A DNA stretch of 64,000 bases from Fidelibacterota bacterium (GTDB lineage Bacteria; Fidelibacterota; Marinisomatia; Marinisomatales; Marinisomataceae). A model generated the notes under the pieces. That model saw only the letters and a list, made by a program, of their open reading frames with translations, was not told the DNA's origin and made no database searches. A program made the position numbers and the translations under genes. The stretch lies in the NCBI GenBank assembly GCA_019650355.1, contig BOWX01000001.1:128234-192233 (forward strand). The letters are read 5' to 3'. Position 1 is the stretch's first letter; each line of letters starts with the position of its first letter. This document shows, piece after piece, positions 42,596 to 51,848 of this stretch.

Positions 42596-43963
42596 ATGTT
42601 CAAAAAAATTCTTATTGCTAATAGGGGTGAAATTGCTATTAGAATCATTCGAGCATGTAATGAGATGGGCATCAAAACTGTTGCAGTATATTCAAAAGCA
42701 GATAAAAATTCATTACATGTTAAATTCGCTGACGAAGCTATTTGTATTGGAGAAGGTCCTGCGGTAGAAAGTTATCTTAATATACCTAGAATTATTGCTG
42801 CAGGAGAAATTACAAATGCTGATGCAATTCATCCTGGATACGGCTTCCTGGCTGAGAATGCAAAGTTTAGTAAAATTTGTAAAGAAAATGGATTTACATT
42901 CATTGGTCCAGATGCAGAAATCATTGATTTAATGGGTGATAAAGTGAATGCAAGAAATGCTGCAAAAGATGCTGGCGTTCCAATCATTCCTGGAAGTAAT
43001 ACTTTATCTTCAGTTGAAGAATTTTTAGAAATTGCTGAACAAATTGGATATCCTGTAATGCTGAAAGCTGTAGCAGGAGGTGGCGGTAAAGGAATGCGAG
43101 TTATTAATAATGCAAATGAAGCTGAAAAAGGTTTTAATATCATTCAAAATGAAGCAGGAATGGCATTTAATAATTCAGAAATCTATGTTGAAAAATTTGT
43201 TGAAAATGGCCGTCATATTGAGGTCCAAATTTTGTCAGATAAATTTGGAAATCATCTTCATTTAGGAGAAAGAGAATGTTCTATTCAACGAAGTAATCAA
43301 AAATTGATTGAAGAATCACCTTCTCTATTTGTAGATCATAATTTAAGAGATGAGCTAACATCAAAATCTTTACAGCTTGCAAAAAAAGTTAACTATGTAG
43401 GAGCTGGTACAATTGAGTATTTGGTTGATGATGATAAAAACTTTTATTTTATTGAAATGAATACAAGAATTCAGGTAGAGCATACCGTAACAGAAATGGT
43501 ATGTATGATTGATCTTGTAAAAGAACAGATAAGAACCTATGCAGGTATTGAACTATCAATCAAGCAGGAAGATATAACAATGAATGGTCATGCTATTGAA
43601 TGTAGAATTAATGCTGAAGATCCATTTAATGATTTTATACCTTCACCAAAGAAGATTGACTCTTTTAACTTTGCTGGAGGAATTGGAGTAAGGATTGACT
43701 CATTTATATATGCAGGATATCAAATTCCAACAAATTATGATTCTATGCTTGGTAAGTTGATAGTTCATTCTTCATCGAGGGAAAAAGCATTAATTAGAAT
43801 GAAAAGGTCACTTCAAGAAACTTTTATTGAAGGCCCTAAAACAACTTTACCACTTTTAGAAATGATTTTTGAAAATAAAGACTTTAATAATGGAAATTTT
43901 GATATAAATTTTTTAGGTAAATTTTTAAAAAATATAAAGGAAAAAGATAATGAATCATCCTGA
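42596..43963 (+). CDS. accC: Biotin carboxylase
   Basis: 455 aa with an ATP-grasp fold. '[17 protein letters not shown]', 'GGGGKGMR' and '[10 protein letters not shown]' are present. Confidence 0.95.
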   Translation: MFKKILIANRGEIAIRIIRACNEMGIKTVAVYSKADKNSLHVKFADEAICIGEGPAVESYLNIPRIIAAGEITNADAIHPGYGFLAENAKFSKICKENGFTFIGPDAEIIDLMGDKVNARNAAKDAGVPIIPGSNTLSSVEEFLEIAEQIGYPVMLKAVAGGGGKGMRVINNANEAEKGFNIIQNEAGMAFNNSEIYVEKFVENGRHIEVQILSDKFGNHLHLGERECSIQRSNQKLIEESPSLFVDHNLRDELTSKSLQLAKKVNYVGAGTIEYLVDDDKNFYFIEMNTRIQVEHTVTEMVCMIDLVKEQIRTYAGIELSIKQEDITMNGHAIECRINAEDPFNDFIPSPKKIDSFNFAGGIGVRIDSFIYAGYQIPTNYDSMLGKLIVHSSSREKALIRMKRSLQETFIEGPKTTLPLLEMIFENKDFNNGNFDINFLGKFLKNIKEKDNESS

Positions 43964-44327
43964 TAACTTAATGTATACTTCAGAACATGAATGGGTTAAA
44001 ATTGAAAATAATATAGCTACTGTTGGTATTACTGATTTTGCACAAGGTGAGCTTGGAGATATAATATTTTTAGAATTTCCTGATGTTGATGAAGAATTCA
44101 ATGAAGGAGATGTTTTTGGTACAATTGAAGCAGTCAAAACAGTATCAGACTTATTTATGCCTATATCCGGAAAAATAGTTGAAGTCAATGAGGCTTTGAA
44201 TGATGATCCTGAAAATGTTAATTCAAGTCCATATGATAGTGGATGGATGGTTAAAATTGAATTATCAGGTGACAGCGGTACTAGTTCATTACTTGATTCT
44301 AAATCCTATGTTGAAATGATTGGATAA
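43950..44327 (+). CDS. gcvH: Glycine cleavage system H protein
   Basis: 125 aa. 'YTSEHEWV' and the lipoyl-Lys block '[16 protein letters not shown]'. Confidence 0.9.
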   Translation: MNHPDNLMYTSEHEWVKIENNIATVGITDFAQGELGDIIFLEFPDVDEEFNEGDVFGTIEAVKTVSDLFMPISGKIVEVNEALNDDPENVNSSPYDSGWMVKIELSGDSGTSSLLDSKSYVEMIG

Positions 44328-44329
44328 TT

Positions 44330-45238
44330 ATGCTTAAAAACTTAGAGCATTTCGTTCAAGTTTTAAAAATTGAAAAAAATCATTCCTCAAATACAATAAA
44401 TTCTTATTTATCTGATATTAAATCTTTTGAAAAATATTTAATAAAAAGAAAAATAACATTTAAAAAGATTATAAATGAATCTGATGTCGTTAAAAAATAT
44501 TTTAGATATTTAAGCCGAAGTAAAATTTCATCTACATCAATAAAAAGGAAGTATTCATCTTTATCATCATATTTTTCTTATCTGATTGATAGAAAAATAA
44601 TTAAAAAAAATCCACTAAATGGTATTTATACACCAAAATTAATTAAAAAATTACCTACAGTACTTTCTGTTGAAGAAATTGAAAAAATATTTAAACAATC
44701 TGAAAATAGTGATAATGAACTTTTAGGTTTGAGAGATAGATGTATTATCGAATTACTATATTCTTGCGGTCTAAGAGTAAGTGAGTTGTGTTCTCTTAAG
44801 ATTAATAATTTACAATTTGATTCTAATGTCATTCGTTTTTTTGGGAAAGGTAATAAGGAAAGAATAATTCCTTTAACTTTTTATGCAAAAGAATGGTTAG
44901 AGAAATATTTATATCAATCAAGACAAATTCTTTCAAATAGAAAATCATCTGAGCAAAAATTTGTATTTTTGAGTAATAATGGAAAAAGGTTAACTAGAGC
45001 TGCTATTTGGCAATCTATCAAAAAATATGTTAAGGCTGCCGGAATTGTTAAAACTGTTTCTCCTCATACCTTTAGACATTCTTTTGCAACCCATCTTGTT
45101 GATGGTGGAGCAAACTTAATTGAAATCCAGAAGTTGCTTGGTCATTCTGATATTTCAACTACAGAAATATATGTTCATCTATCAAAAGAGTTTATTGATA
45201 GTGAATACATGAAAGCTTTTGATAAAAAAAAGAATTAA
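44330..45238 (+). CDS. xerD: Tyrosine recombinase XerC/XerD family
   Basis: 302 aa. Catalytic residues lie in 'GLRVSEL', 'HTFRHSFATHL' and 'LGHSDISTTEIYVH'. The size and housekeeping context favour Xer. Confidence 0.75.
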   Translation: MLKNLEHFVQVLKIEKNHSSNTINSYLSDIKSFEKYLIKRKITFKKIINESDVVKKYFRYLSRSKISSTSIKRKYSSLSSYFSYLIDRKIIKKNPLNGIYTPKLIKKLPTVLSVEEIEKIFKQSENSDNELLGLRDRCIIELLYSCGLRVSELCSLKINNLQFDSNVIRFFGKGNKERIIPLTFYAKEWLEKYLYQSRQILSNRKSSEQKFVFLSNNGKRLTRAAIWQSIKKYVKAAGIVKTVSPHTFRHSFATHLVDGGANLIEIQKLLGHSDISTTEIYVHLSKEFIDSEYMKAFDKKKN

Positions 45239-45251
45239 TTATCTTTAATGT

Positions 45252-45872
45252 ATGGGAATAGCAAGTTTACCATTAGAAATACAATTGATTTTAGTGCCTA
45301 CAATATTGTTTGCACTCACTTTTCATGAATATGCTCATGCAAGAGTAGCATATCTTCTTGGAGATTACACTTCATACTATCAAAATCGTATGAACTTAAA
45401 TCCTTTTAATCATTTAGATCCTTTCGGGACTTTTGCTCTTTATTTTTTAGGTTTTGGATGGGCAAAACCTGTTCCGGTTGTTATGCAAAATTTAAAAAAT
45501 CCTAGAACTGATATGATGATGATTGCTATGGCTGGACCTGCATCAAACATGTTTCTTGCCTGTTTAGCATCAATTATATATCGGCTAAATTTCTACTTTC
45601 AGTTTAGTGAAGAGGTTATTTTCCCTTTAGAAATATTTATTCAAATAAATATTGTATTAGCTATTTTTAATTTGATACCTTTAAATCCTCTTGATGGTTC
45701 AAGAATTCTTCCATTATTAGTTAAAAACCCAAGAACGCTTTATAATATTGAGATTTATGGACCAAGAATTTTAATTGGACTAATTATTTTAAATTTGATA
45801 GGTATTCCTATTTTATCAACAATAATTTTAACTCCTGTATCAATTATTTTTTATTTATTAACAGGTGCATAA
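45252..45872 (+). CDS. Site-2 protease family (peptidase M50) membrane metalloprotease
   Basis: HExxH 'HEYAHA' lies in TM1 and 'NLIPLNPLDGSRI' (NxxPxxxLDG) in a later TM helix. Confidence 0.7.
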   Translation: MGIASLPLEIQLILVPTILFALTFHEYAHARVAYLLGDYTSYYQNRMNLNPFNHLDPFGTFALYFLGFGWAKPVPVVMQNLKNPRTDMMMIAMAGPASNMFLACLASIIYRLNFYFQFSEEVIFPLEIFIQINIVLAIFNLIPLNPLDGSRILPLLVKNPRTLYNIEIYGPRILIGLIILNLIGIPILSTIILTPVSIIFYLLTGA

Positions 45873-46781
45873 TTGAAAAAAATCTTTTCAATTTTTGGTC
45901 CAACTGGAATTGGAAAATCTAGTTTAGCAATTGAGTTAGCCAAAAAAATAGATGGTGAAATTATAGGTGTAGATTCAAGACAAATTTATAATGGAATTCC
46001 AATAGGTACTGCTCAACCGGACTCCAGTCAATTAAACGAAGTACCGCATCATCTAATAGGATTTAAAAAGCTTAGTGAGAGAATATCTGCTGGAGAATAT
46101 ATTGAATTGATTGATCAAAAAATTGATGAGATAATTCAAAAAAATAAATCTGCAATTCTTTGTGGTGGAACCGGTCTTTATTTTAAATCTTTGAAAGAAG
46201 GAATATTTGAAGGAAGTCATACAAATGAAAATATAAGAAGTAGGCTTGGGGAAGAATATGAAATTGACAAAGAAAAATTATTTAAAACACTTCAAAAAAT
46301 AGACCCCGATTACTCAAATAAAGTTCATATAAATAATAAAAAAAGATTAATAAGGGCTCTTGAAGTGTATGAGTCAACTGGTAAACCAATGTCCAAAAAT
46401 TTTGATTCTTTATCAAAAAATAGTAGATATGCTAATGATTACTATTTTGTTTATTTAAAAATGAATAATGATTTGTTACATCCTAGAATTTTAAAGAGAA
46501 TTAAATATATGATTGATGATGGTATGATAAATGAAGTTGACGAAATAATTAAGCGTAAAATAAATATTTCTCACATTAATTACATAGGCTTTAAGGAAAT
46601 TTCTTCTTTTATAAAAAAAGAAATCTCAATTAATGAAGCCATTGAAAATATATTTGTAAGGACAAGACAATACGCTAAAAGACAAAAAAAATGGTTTAAT
46701 GTGAATAATTATGATATTTCATTTGATTTGCATGAGATTTCTAAAAATGATATAGTTGATAAATTGATTCAAATAAACTAA
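45873..46781 (+). CDS. miaA: tRNA dimethylallyltransferase
   Basis: TTG start. P-loop 'GPTGIGKS' and 'DSRQIYNGIPIGTAQP'. Confidence 0.9.
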   Translation: MKKIFSIFGPTGIGKSSLAIELAKKIDGEIIGVDSRQIYNGIPIGTAQPDSSQLNEVPHHLIGFKKLSERISAGEYIELIDQKIDEIIQKNKSAILCGGTGLYFKSLKEGIFEGSHTNENIRSRLGEEYEIDKEKLFKTLQKIDPDYSNKVHINNKKRLIRALEVYESTGKPMSKNFDSLSKNSRYANDYYFVYLKMNNDLLHPRILKRIKYMIDDGMINEVDEIIKRKINISHINYIGFKEISSFIKKEISINEAIENIFVRTRQYAKRQKKWFNVNNYDISFDLHEISKNDIVDKLIQIN

Positions 46782-46806
46782 TTTTCGCAAATAATTGGAG
46801 AATTAA

Positions 46807-47736
46807 ATGCTTAAAAGCAAACATCTTATCGGTCTAGAACATTTTCCAGTTTCTGATTTGAATAAAATAATCGACACTTCTTTTAAGTTTAAAGACATAC
46901 TTCAGACAGAAAGCAGAAAAGCTATTTTACTTAAGGGTAAAACTATTGTAAACATGTTCTTTGAGAATTCTACTAGAACTAAAATTAGTTTTTCATTGGC
47001 TGAAAAAAGATTGGGCGCTGATAGTATAAACTTTTCTGCTTCAACAAGTAGTGTAAAAAAGGGTGAAACTTTAAAAGATACTGTGCAAAATATTGAATCA
47101 ATGAAAATTGACGGTGCAGTTATAAGGCATGGACATCCAGGATCGGCATTGAAATTGACAGAATACATTGATGGAGCAGTAATTAATGCTGGCGATGGTT
47201 CTCACGAACATCCTACTCAAGCCATTCTTGATATGGTAACACTTAAAGAGAAATTTGGAAAAATTAAAGGTCTTAAAGTTGGAATTATCGGTGATATTTT
47301 AAATAGTAGGGTAGCTAGAAGCGACATTTTTGCATTGAAAAAACTTGGAGCAGAGGTTGTAGTTTGTGGTCCAAGTACTTTATTGCCAAGCGATGCAAAA
47401 AAACTTGGAATAAATATTACATACAATTTAGATGAAGTTCTTAATTGGTGTGATGCGGTTATAGCATTACGTATTCAGTTGGAAAGAATGCATTTAGGAA
47501 GGATTCCATCAAAAAGAGAATATCATAGCGAATTTGGTCTTACTTTTGAGAGAATAAGTAAATTGAAAAAAGATATAGTTATTATGCATCCTGGACCAAT
47601 GAATCGAGGTGTAGAAATTGATAGTAAAGTGGCTGATTCAGATAATGCTGTCATTCTTGATCAAGTGTTAAATGGAGTTGCATCGAGAATGTCAATTCTT
47701 TATTTACTATTAGGTGAAGGAAATATAGAGTTATGA
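46807..47736 (+). CDS. pyrB: Aspartate carbamoyltransferase catalytic subunit
   Basis: 309 aa with 'FENSTRTKISF', 'HPTQA' and 'HPGP'. Confidence 0.95.
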   Translation: MLKSKHLIGLEHFPVSDLNKIIDTSFKFKDILQTESRKAILLKGKTIVNMFFENSTRTKISFSLAEKRLGADSINFSASTSSVKKGETLKDTVQNIESMKIDGAVIRHGHPGSALKLTEYIDGAVINAGDGSHEHPTQAILDMVTLKEKFGKIKGLKVGIIGDILNSRVARSDIFALKKLGAEVVVCGPSTLLPSDAKKLGINITYNLDEVLNWCDAVIALRIQLERMHLGRIPSKREYHSEFGLTFERISKLKKDIVIMHPGPMNRGVEIDSKVADSDNAVILDQVLNGVASRMSILYLLLGEGNIEL

Positions 47737-49028
47737 TAGAAGGTAAGAGTACAAAGAAACTTTTATTTAAATCTGGAAGAATAATTGATCCATTTACCAA
47801 AAAAACATTTAATGGCGATATTCTTGTTGAAAATGGAAAAATTTCAAAGATAAGCGACTCAATTCCTTCAAGAGGAAAAGATTATCAAATTATAGATTGT
47901 AAAGGTCTAGTTGTTACTCATGGTTTTTGTGATATTCATGCCCATTTTAGAGAACCGGGAAGAGAAGATAAGGAAACTTTAGAATCAGGATCTTTTGCAG
48001 CTATGGGAGGAGGTTTTACTCAAGTTTGTACTATGGCTAATACCGACCCTATTATTGATTCTCCTGAACATATTCATTATATAGTTAGCAAAAGTTCAAA
48101 GCTTCCAATTGATATTTTCCCTATTGGTGCTGTTTCAAAAGGCTTAAAGGGTGAAGACTTAACAGAAATGCTATTAATGCAGAAAAATGGTGCCATTGCT
48201 TTTAGTGATGATGGTATGCCAATACAAAATGCGCAATTTATGAAATTAGCTTTAACATATGCTAAAATGCTTGATGTCCCAATTATGAATCATGCTGAAG
48301 ATATTTTCCTTAGAAATAATGGAGTTATGAATGCTTCTGCAACATCAAATAATTTAGGTCTGAAAGGTAATACTAGCTTAGCTGAAGCTGTAATGGTTTA
48401 CAGAGATTTATTATTAGCTCAATCATTAAGTTCAAAACTTCATTTATTACATATTTCAACAAAACAAACTGTCGATTTATTAAAGCAATTTAAAAAGAAA
48501 AATTCACTTATCACTTCAGAAGTATCTCCACATCATTTATTTTTTATCGATGAAGATATTAATGCGTTTGATACAAGTTTAAAAGTTGCTCCTCCTGTTA
48601 GAGGAAAAGATGACAGAAAAGCATTAATTGAGGGTATTAAATCAGGCCTCATCGATTGTATCGCTACAGACCATGCGCCTCATACTATCGAAGATAAAGA
48701 AACAACTTTTAATGATGCTGAATTTGGCATGATTGGACTAGAGTCCTGTTTTGGTGCTGTAAACAAAGTTTTGGTAAAACAAAATGGAATGAGTTTAAAA
48801 TCTCTAATTGAAAAGCTTACTGTAAATCCCAGAAAAGTAATGAACTTAGAACAAGATTTATTTTCTATCGGATGTAAAGCACAAATCACTATTTTTGATC
48901 CGAATGAAAAATGGGTATTTACCAATGAACATATTTTATCAAAATCATCTAACTCTCCATTTTTAGGAAAAGAACTAATTGGAAGAGTGAAATATGTTGT
49001 TTCAAAAAACCAATTTTTCTCAATATAA
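47733..49028 (+). CDS. pyrC: Dihydroorotase (multifunctional-complex type)
   Basis: 431 aa. 'CDIHAHFREPG' metal-binding HxH, 'ATDHAPH'. Overlaps pyrB by 4 nt. Confidence 0.85.
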   Translation: MIEGKSTKKLLFKSGRIIDPFTKKTFNGDILVENGKISKISDSIPSRGKDYQIIDCKGLVVTHGFCDIHAHFREPGREDKETLESGSFAAMGGGFTQVCTMANTDPIIDSPEHIHYIVSKSSKLPIDIFPIGAVSKGLKGEDLTEMLLMQKNGAIAFSDDGMPIQNAQFMKLALTYAKMLDVPIMNHAEDIFLRNNGVMNASATSNNLGLKGNTSLAEAVMVYRDLLLAQSLSSKLHLLHISTKQTVDLLKQFKKKNSLITSEVSPHHLFFIDEDINAFDTSLKVAPPVRGKDDRKALIEGIKSGLIDCIATDHAPHTIEDKETTFNDAEFGMIGLESCFGAVNKVLVKQNGMSLKSLIEKLTVNPRKVMNLEQDLFSIGCKAQITIFDPNEKWVFTNEHILSKSSNSPFLGKELIGRVKYVVSKNQFFSI

Positions 49029-49046
49029 AATCTCTTTTATTAATCA

Positions 49047-49075
49047 TTGACTAATGAGAACACATCGATTAAGTT
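49047..49075 (+). promoter_or_regulatory. Candidate sigma70-type promoter for the rplM-rpsI-rpsB-tsf-frr block
   Basis: TTGACT (49047-49052), a 17-nt spacer, then TAAGTT (49070-49075), about 22 nt upstream of the rplM ATG. Pattern match only. Confidence 0.3.
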
Positions 49076-49096
49076 TTGGGGCATTTTTATAGAATT

Positions 49097-49534
49097 ATGA
49101 AAAAGACAACAAAAACTATATCAGCAAAAGATGTCAACCAGCAATGGTGGCTTTTTGATGCATCTAATCAGGTGCTTGGAAGATTTGCATCCGAAGTAGC
49201 TCAAGTACTTAGAGGAAAACATCGTCCTGATTATTCTCCAAATATTTACATGGGAGATGCAGTTATTATTGTCAATGCCGATAAGATAAGAGTTACTGGA
49301 AACAAATCTGAAACTAAAAAATATTTTAGACATTCAGGATATCCTGGCGGTGTTAAATATGCTAGTTTCAGCGAGCTAATGAAAAATGATTCTGATAAGG
49401 TAGTTCTTAATGCTGTAAAAGGTATGCTTCCTAAAAACAAACTTGGAAGAGAAATATCTAAGCATATTAGAATCTATAAAGATACTAATCACGGTCACGA
49501 AGCACAGCAACCTAAAGAATGGAGCTCTAATTAA
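49097..49534 (+). CDS. rplM: 50S ribosomal protein L13
   Basis: The start is MKKTTKTISAKDVNQQWWLFDA. 'GRFASEVAQVLRGKH' is present. The ORF-track start at 49076 is probably too far upstream. Confidence 0.95.
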   Translation: MKKTTKTISAKDVNQQWWLFDASNQVLGRFASEVAQVLRGKHRPDYSPNIYMGDAVIIVNADKIRVTGNKSETKKYFRHSGYPGGVKYASFSELMKNDSDKVVLNAVKGMLPKNKLGREISKHIRIYKDTNHGHEAQQPKEWSSN

Positions 49535-49932
49535 TGAATAAAGAATATTTTAATGGCGTTGGAAGAAGAAAGAATTCAACTGCTAGAGTTTATCTTTCAG
49601 ATGGAAAAGGAAAGTTTTCTATTAACAACGTTTCAGATGATATTAATTCTTATTTAAAAAGAGAGTCATTGGTAATTCATGCAGTAAAGCCCCTTGAAGT
49701 TTTAAATTTAAAAGGTAAATATGACGTTAAAATCAATGTTCAAGGTGGTGGTTTAACTGGTCAAGCTGGAGCAATTCAATTAGGTATTGCTAGGGCATTA
49801 TTAAAAATAGATGAAGAATTCAGATCTCAACTTAAATCACATGGTTTGTTAACCAGAGATGCAAGAGAAGTTGAAAGAAAAAAATATGGTCAACCAGGAG
49901 CTAGAAAGAAGTTCCAATTCTCAAAAAGATAA
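49534..49932 (+). CDS. rpsI: 30S ribosomal protein S9
   Basis: 132 aa. 'GGGLTGQAGAIQLGIARAL' and a C-terminal 'KKFQFSKR'. Confidence 0.95.
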   Translation: MNKEYFNGVGRRKNSTARVYLSDGKGKFSINNVSDDINSYLKRESLVIHAVKPLEVLNLKGKYDVKINVQGGGLTGQAGAIQLGIARALLKIDEEFRSQLKSHGLLTRDAREVERKKYGQPGARKKFQFSKR

Positions 49933-49936
49933 AAGT

Positions 49937-50668
49937 ATGCAAAAAATTACAAAAGAAGATTTACTCAATTCAGGCGCTCATTTTGGACATGTTAGTAGTA
50001 AAACAGATCCAAATTTTAAAGATTTCGTAGTATCACAAAAGAATGGTATTGATATCATTAATTTAGATGATACGCTTGAAGGTTTAGACAAAGCTTTAAA
50101 TTTCATTTCAAATATTGTTCAAAGAAATGGAGAAATTCTTTTTGTTGGCACAAAAAAGCATGCAAAAGATGTTATCCAACAAGAGGCTGATAGATGTGGT
50201 ATGTTCTACGTTGTTGAAAGATGGCTTGGTGGAACACTTACTAATTTTTCTACGATTAAAAAAAGTATTAAGAGATTGCATTCTTTAGAGAAAGAAGGTT
50301 CTTCAATATTTGAAGACTTAACTAAAAAAGAACTTTTAATGTTAAACAGAGAAAAAATTAAACTGTCTGATCAGCATAGAGGTATTAAGGATATGAAAAA
50401 GCTTCCAAATGCAATTGTTATTGTAGATGGTAAAACAGAATCAATTGCTATTCAAGAAGCTAAGAAGCTTGAAATACCAATCATTTGTATTGTTGACTCA
50501 AATACAGACCCATCACTTTGTGATTATCCGATTCCTGCAAATGATGATTCTATTAGAACAATTCAATTAATAGTAAATGAAATTGTAAATACAATTATCT
50601 CTGTTAGTAAAAAAGACGACGATAAATCTGAATCTGTTTCAGATAAAAAAGAAGAAAAAGAAGGGTAA
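49937..50668 (+). CDS. rpsB: 30S ribosomal protein S2
   Basis: The start is MQKITKEDLLNSGAHFGH. The ORF-track start at 49859 lies inside rpsI. Confidence 0.95.
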   Translation: MQKITKEDLLNSGAHFGHVSSKTDPNFKDFVVSQKNGIDIINLDDTLEGLDKALNFISNIVQRNGEILFVGTKKHAKDVIQQEADRCGMFYVVERWLGGTLTNFSTIKKSIKRLHSLEKEGSSIFEDLTKKELLMLNREKIKLSDQHRGIKDMKKLPNAIVIVDGKTESIAIQEAKKLEIPIICIVDSNTDPSLCDYPIPANDDSIRTIQLIVNEIVNTIISVSKKDDDKSESVSDKKEEKEG

Positions 50669-50672
50669 TTAA

Positions 50673-51275
50673 ATGAGTGTCGATGCTAAGTTAGTAAAAA
50701 CTTTAAGAGAAAGAACTGGTGCGGGTATGATGGATTGCAAAAAAGCTTTAGTTGAAGCTAATGGCGATCTTGATGCTGCAGTAGATCATTTAAGAAAAGC
50801 AGGAATTGCCAAAGCTGCTAAAAAATCATCTAGAGCTGCTAATGAAGGCATTATTTTCTCATATATTCATCCTGGAAGTAAATTAGGAGTTTTAGTTGAA
50901 CTTGGTTGTGAAACAGACTTTGTAGCTAAGACCGAAGGGTTTAATGATTTAGCTGCTTCAATTGCTATGCAGGTAGCTGCATCAAATCCGTTAGCTGTTG
51001 ATGAATCTGGAGTTTCTCAAGATATTCTCGATAAAGAGAAAGAAATATTTATGGATCAGGCAAAATCATCAGGAAAGCCTGAAAATGTTGTTGAAAAAAT
51101 TGTCGAAGGTAAGTTAAATAAATTTATTGAGGATAATTGTCTTGTTCATCAGTCATTTGTAAAAAACCCTGATATGACTATTTCCCAATTAGTTCAAGAA
51201 GCTGTAGCAAAACTTGGAGAAAATATTACAATTAATAGATTTGTAAGATTTGCTCTAGGCGAACAATCAAATTAG
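50673..51275 (+). CDS. tsf: Elongation factor Ts (short form)
   Basis: 200 aa with '[16 protein letters not shown]'. Confidence 0.95.
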   Translation: MSVDAKLVKTLRERTGAGMMDCKKALVEANGDLDAAVDHLRKAGIAKAAKKSSRAANEGIIFSYIHPGSKLGVLVELGCETDFVAKTEGFNDLAASIAMQVAASNPLAVDESGVSQDILDKEKEIFMDQAKSSGKPENVVEKIVEGKLNKFIEDNCLVHQSFVKNPDMTISQLVQEAVAKLGENITINRFVRFALGEQSN

Positions 51276-51278
51276 AAC

Positions 51279-51836
51279 ATGTTAAATCAAAGTATCGATT
51301 CTGCTAAGTCAAAAATGGAACAGACTATTTCGTTTGTTAAAAGTGAAATAGGTAAAATAAGGACTGGTAGAGCTAATACAGAAATGTTCAATAACATTCT
51401 TGTCAATTATTATGATAATGAAACTCCACTTAATCAGGTTGCAAATATTGCAGCATTAGATGCAATTACTATTAGTATTCAGCCTTTTGATAAAACTGTC
51501 ATTGATGATATTGAAAAGGCTATTCTTGAGTCAGATCTAGGATTTAATCCTTCCAACAATGGTAATAGTATAATGATTACTTTTCCACCATTGTCCGCTG
51601 AGAGAAGACAAGAGTTAGTCAAAGTAGCTTCAAAGATCATTGAAGATGGCAGAATTTCAGTTCGTAATATTAGGAGGGAGATTATTCAGTCTGCTAAACG
51701 TATTGAAGACGAACAAAATATATCTGAAGATAACATGAAAACATTCTTAGATGATATCCAGGAAGTGACCGATTCTTTTATAACCAGGCTTAATGCTCTT
51801 CAAAAAGAAAAAGAAGTAGAAATTCTAGATAAGTAA
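51279..51836 (+). CDS. frr: Ribosome recycling factor
   Basis: 185 aa. 'IRTGRAN' and 'PPLSAERRQELVK'. Confidence 0.95.
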   Translation: MLNQSIDSAKSKMEQTISFVKSEIGKIRTGRANTEMFNNILVNYYDNETPLNQVANIAALDAITISIQPFDKTVIDDIEKAILESDLGFNPSNNGNSIMITFPPLSAERRQELVKVASKIIEDGRISVRNIRREIIQSAKRIEDEQNISEDNMKTFLDDIQEVTDSFITRLNALQKEKEVEILDK

Positions 51837-51848
51837 AGATTACTTATT

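Noticed and set aside
42829-43143. 104-aa antisense ORF inside accC, and similar 60-95-aa minus- or alternate-frame ORFs (e.g. 3560-3781, 5398-5622, 12550-12789, 21506-21715, 39441-39728, 46902-47168, 53614-54130)
   Set aside because: All are nested in, or antisense to, confidently identified genes and show no conserved motifs. They are expected by chance in long AT-rich coding regions.
44330-45238. Tyrosine recombinase as a marker of an integrated mobile element
   Set aside because: Its size and motifs fit XerC/XerD. It is overlap-packed between gcvH and an M50 protease, with no attachment-site repeats, tRNA target, phage or transposon genes, or compositional shift nearby.
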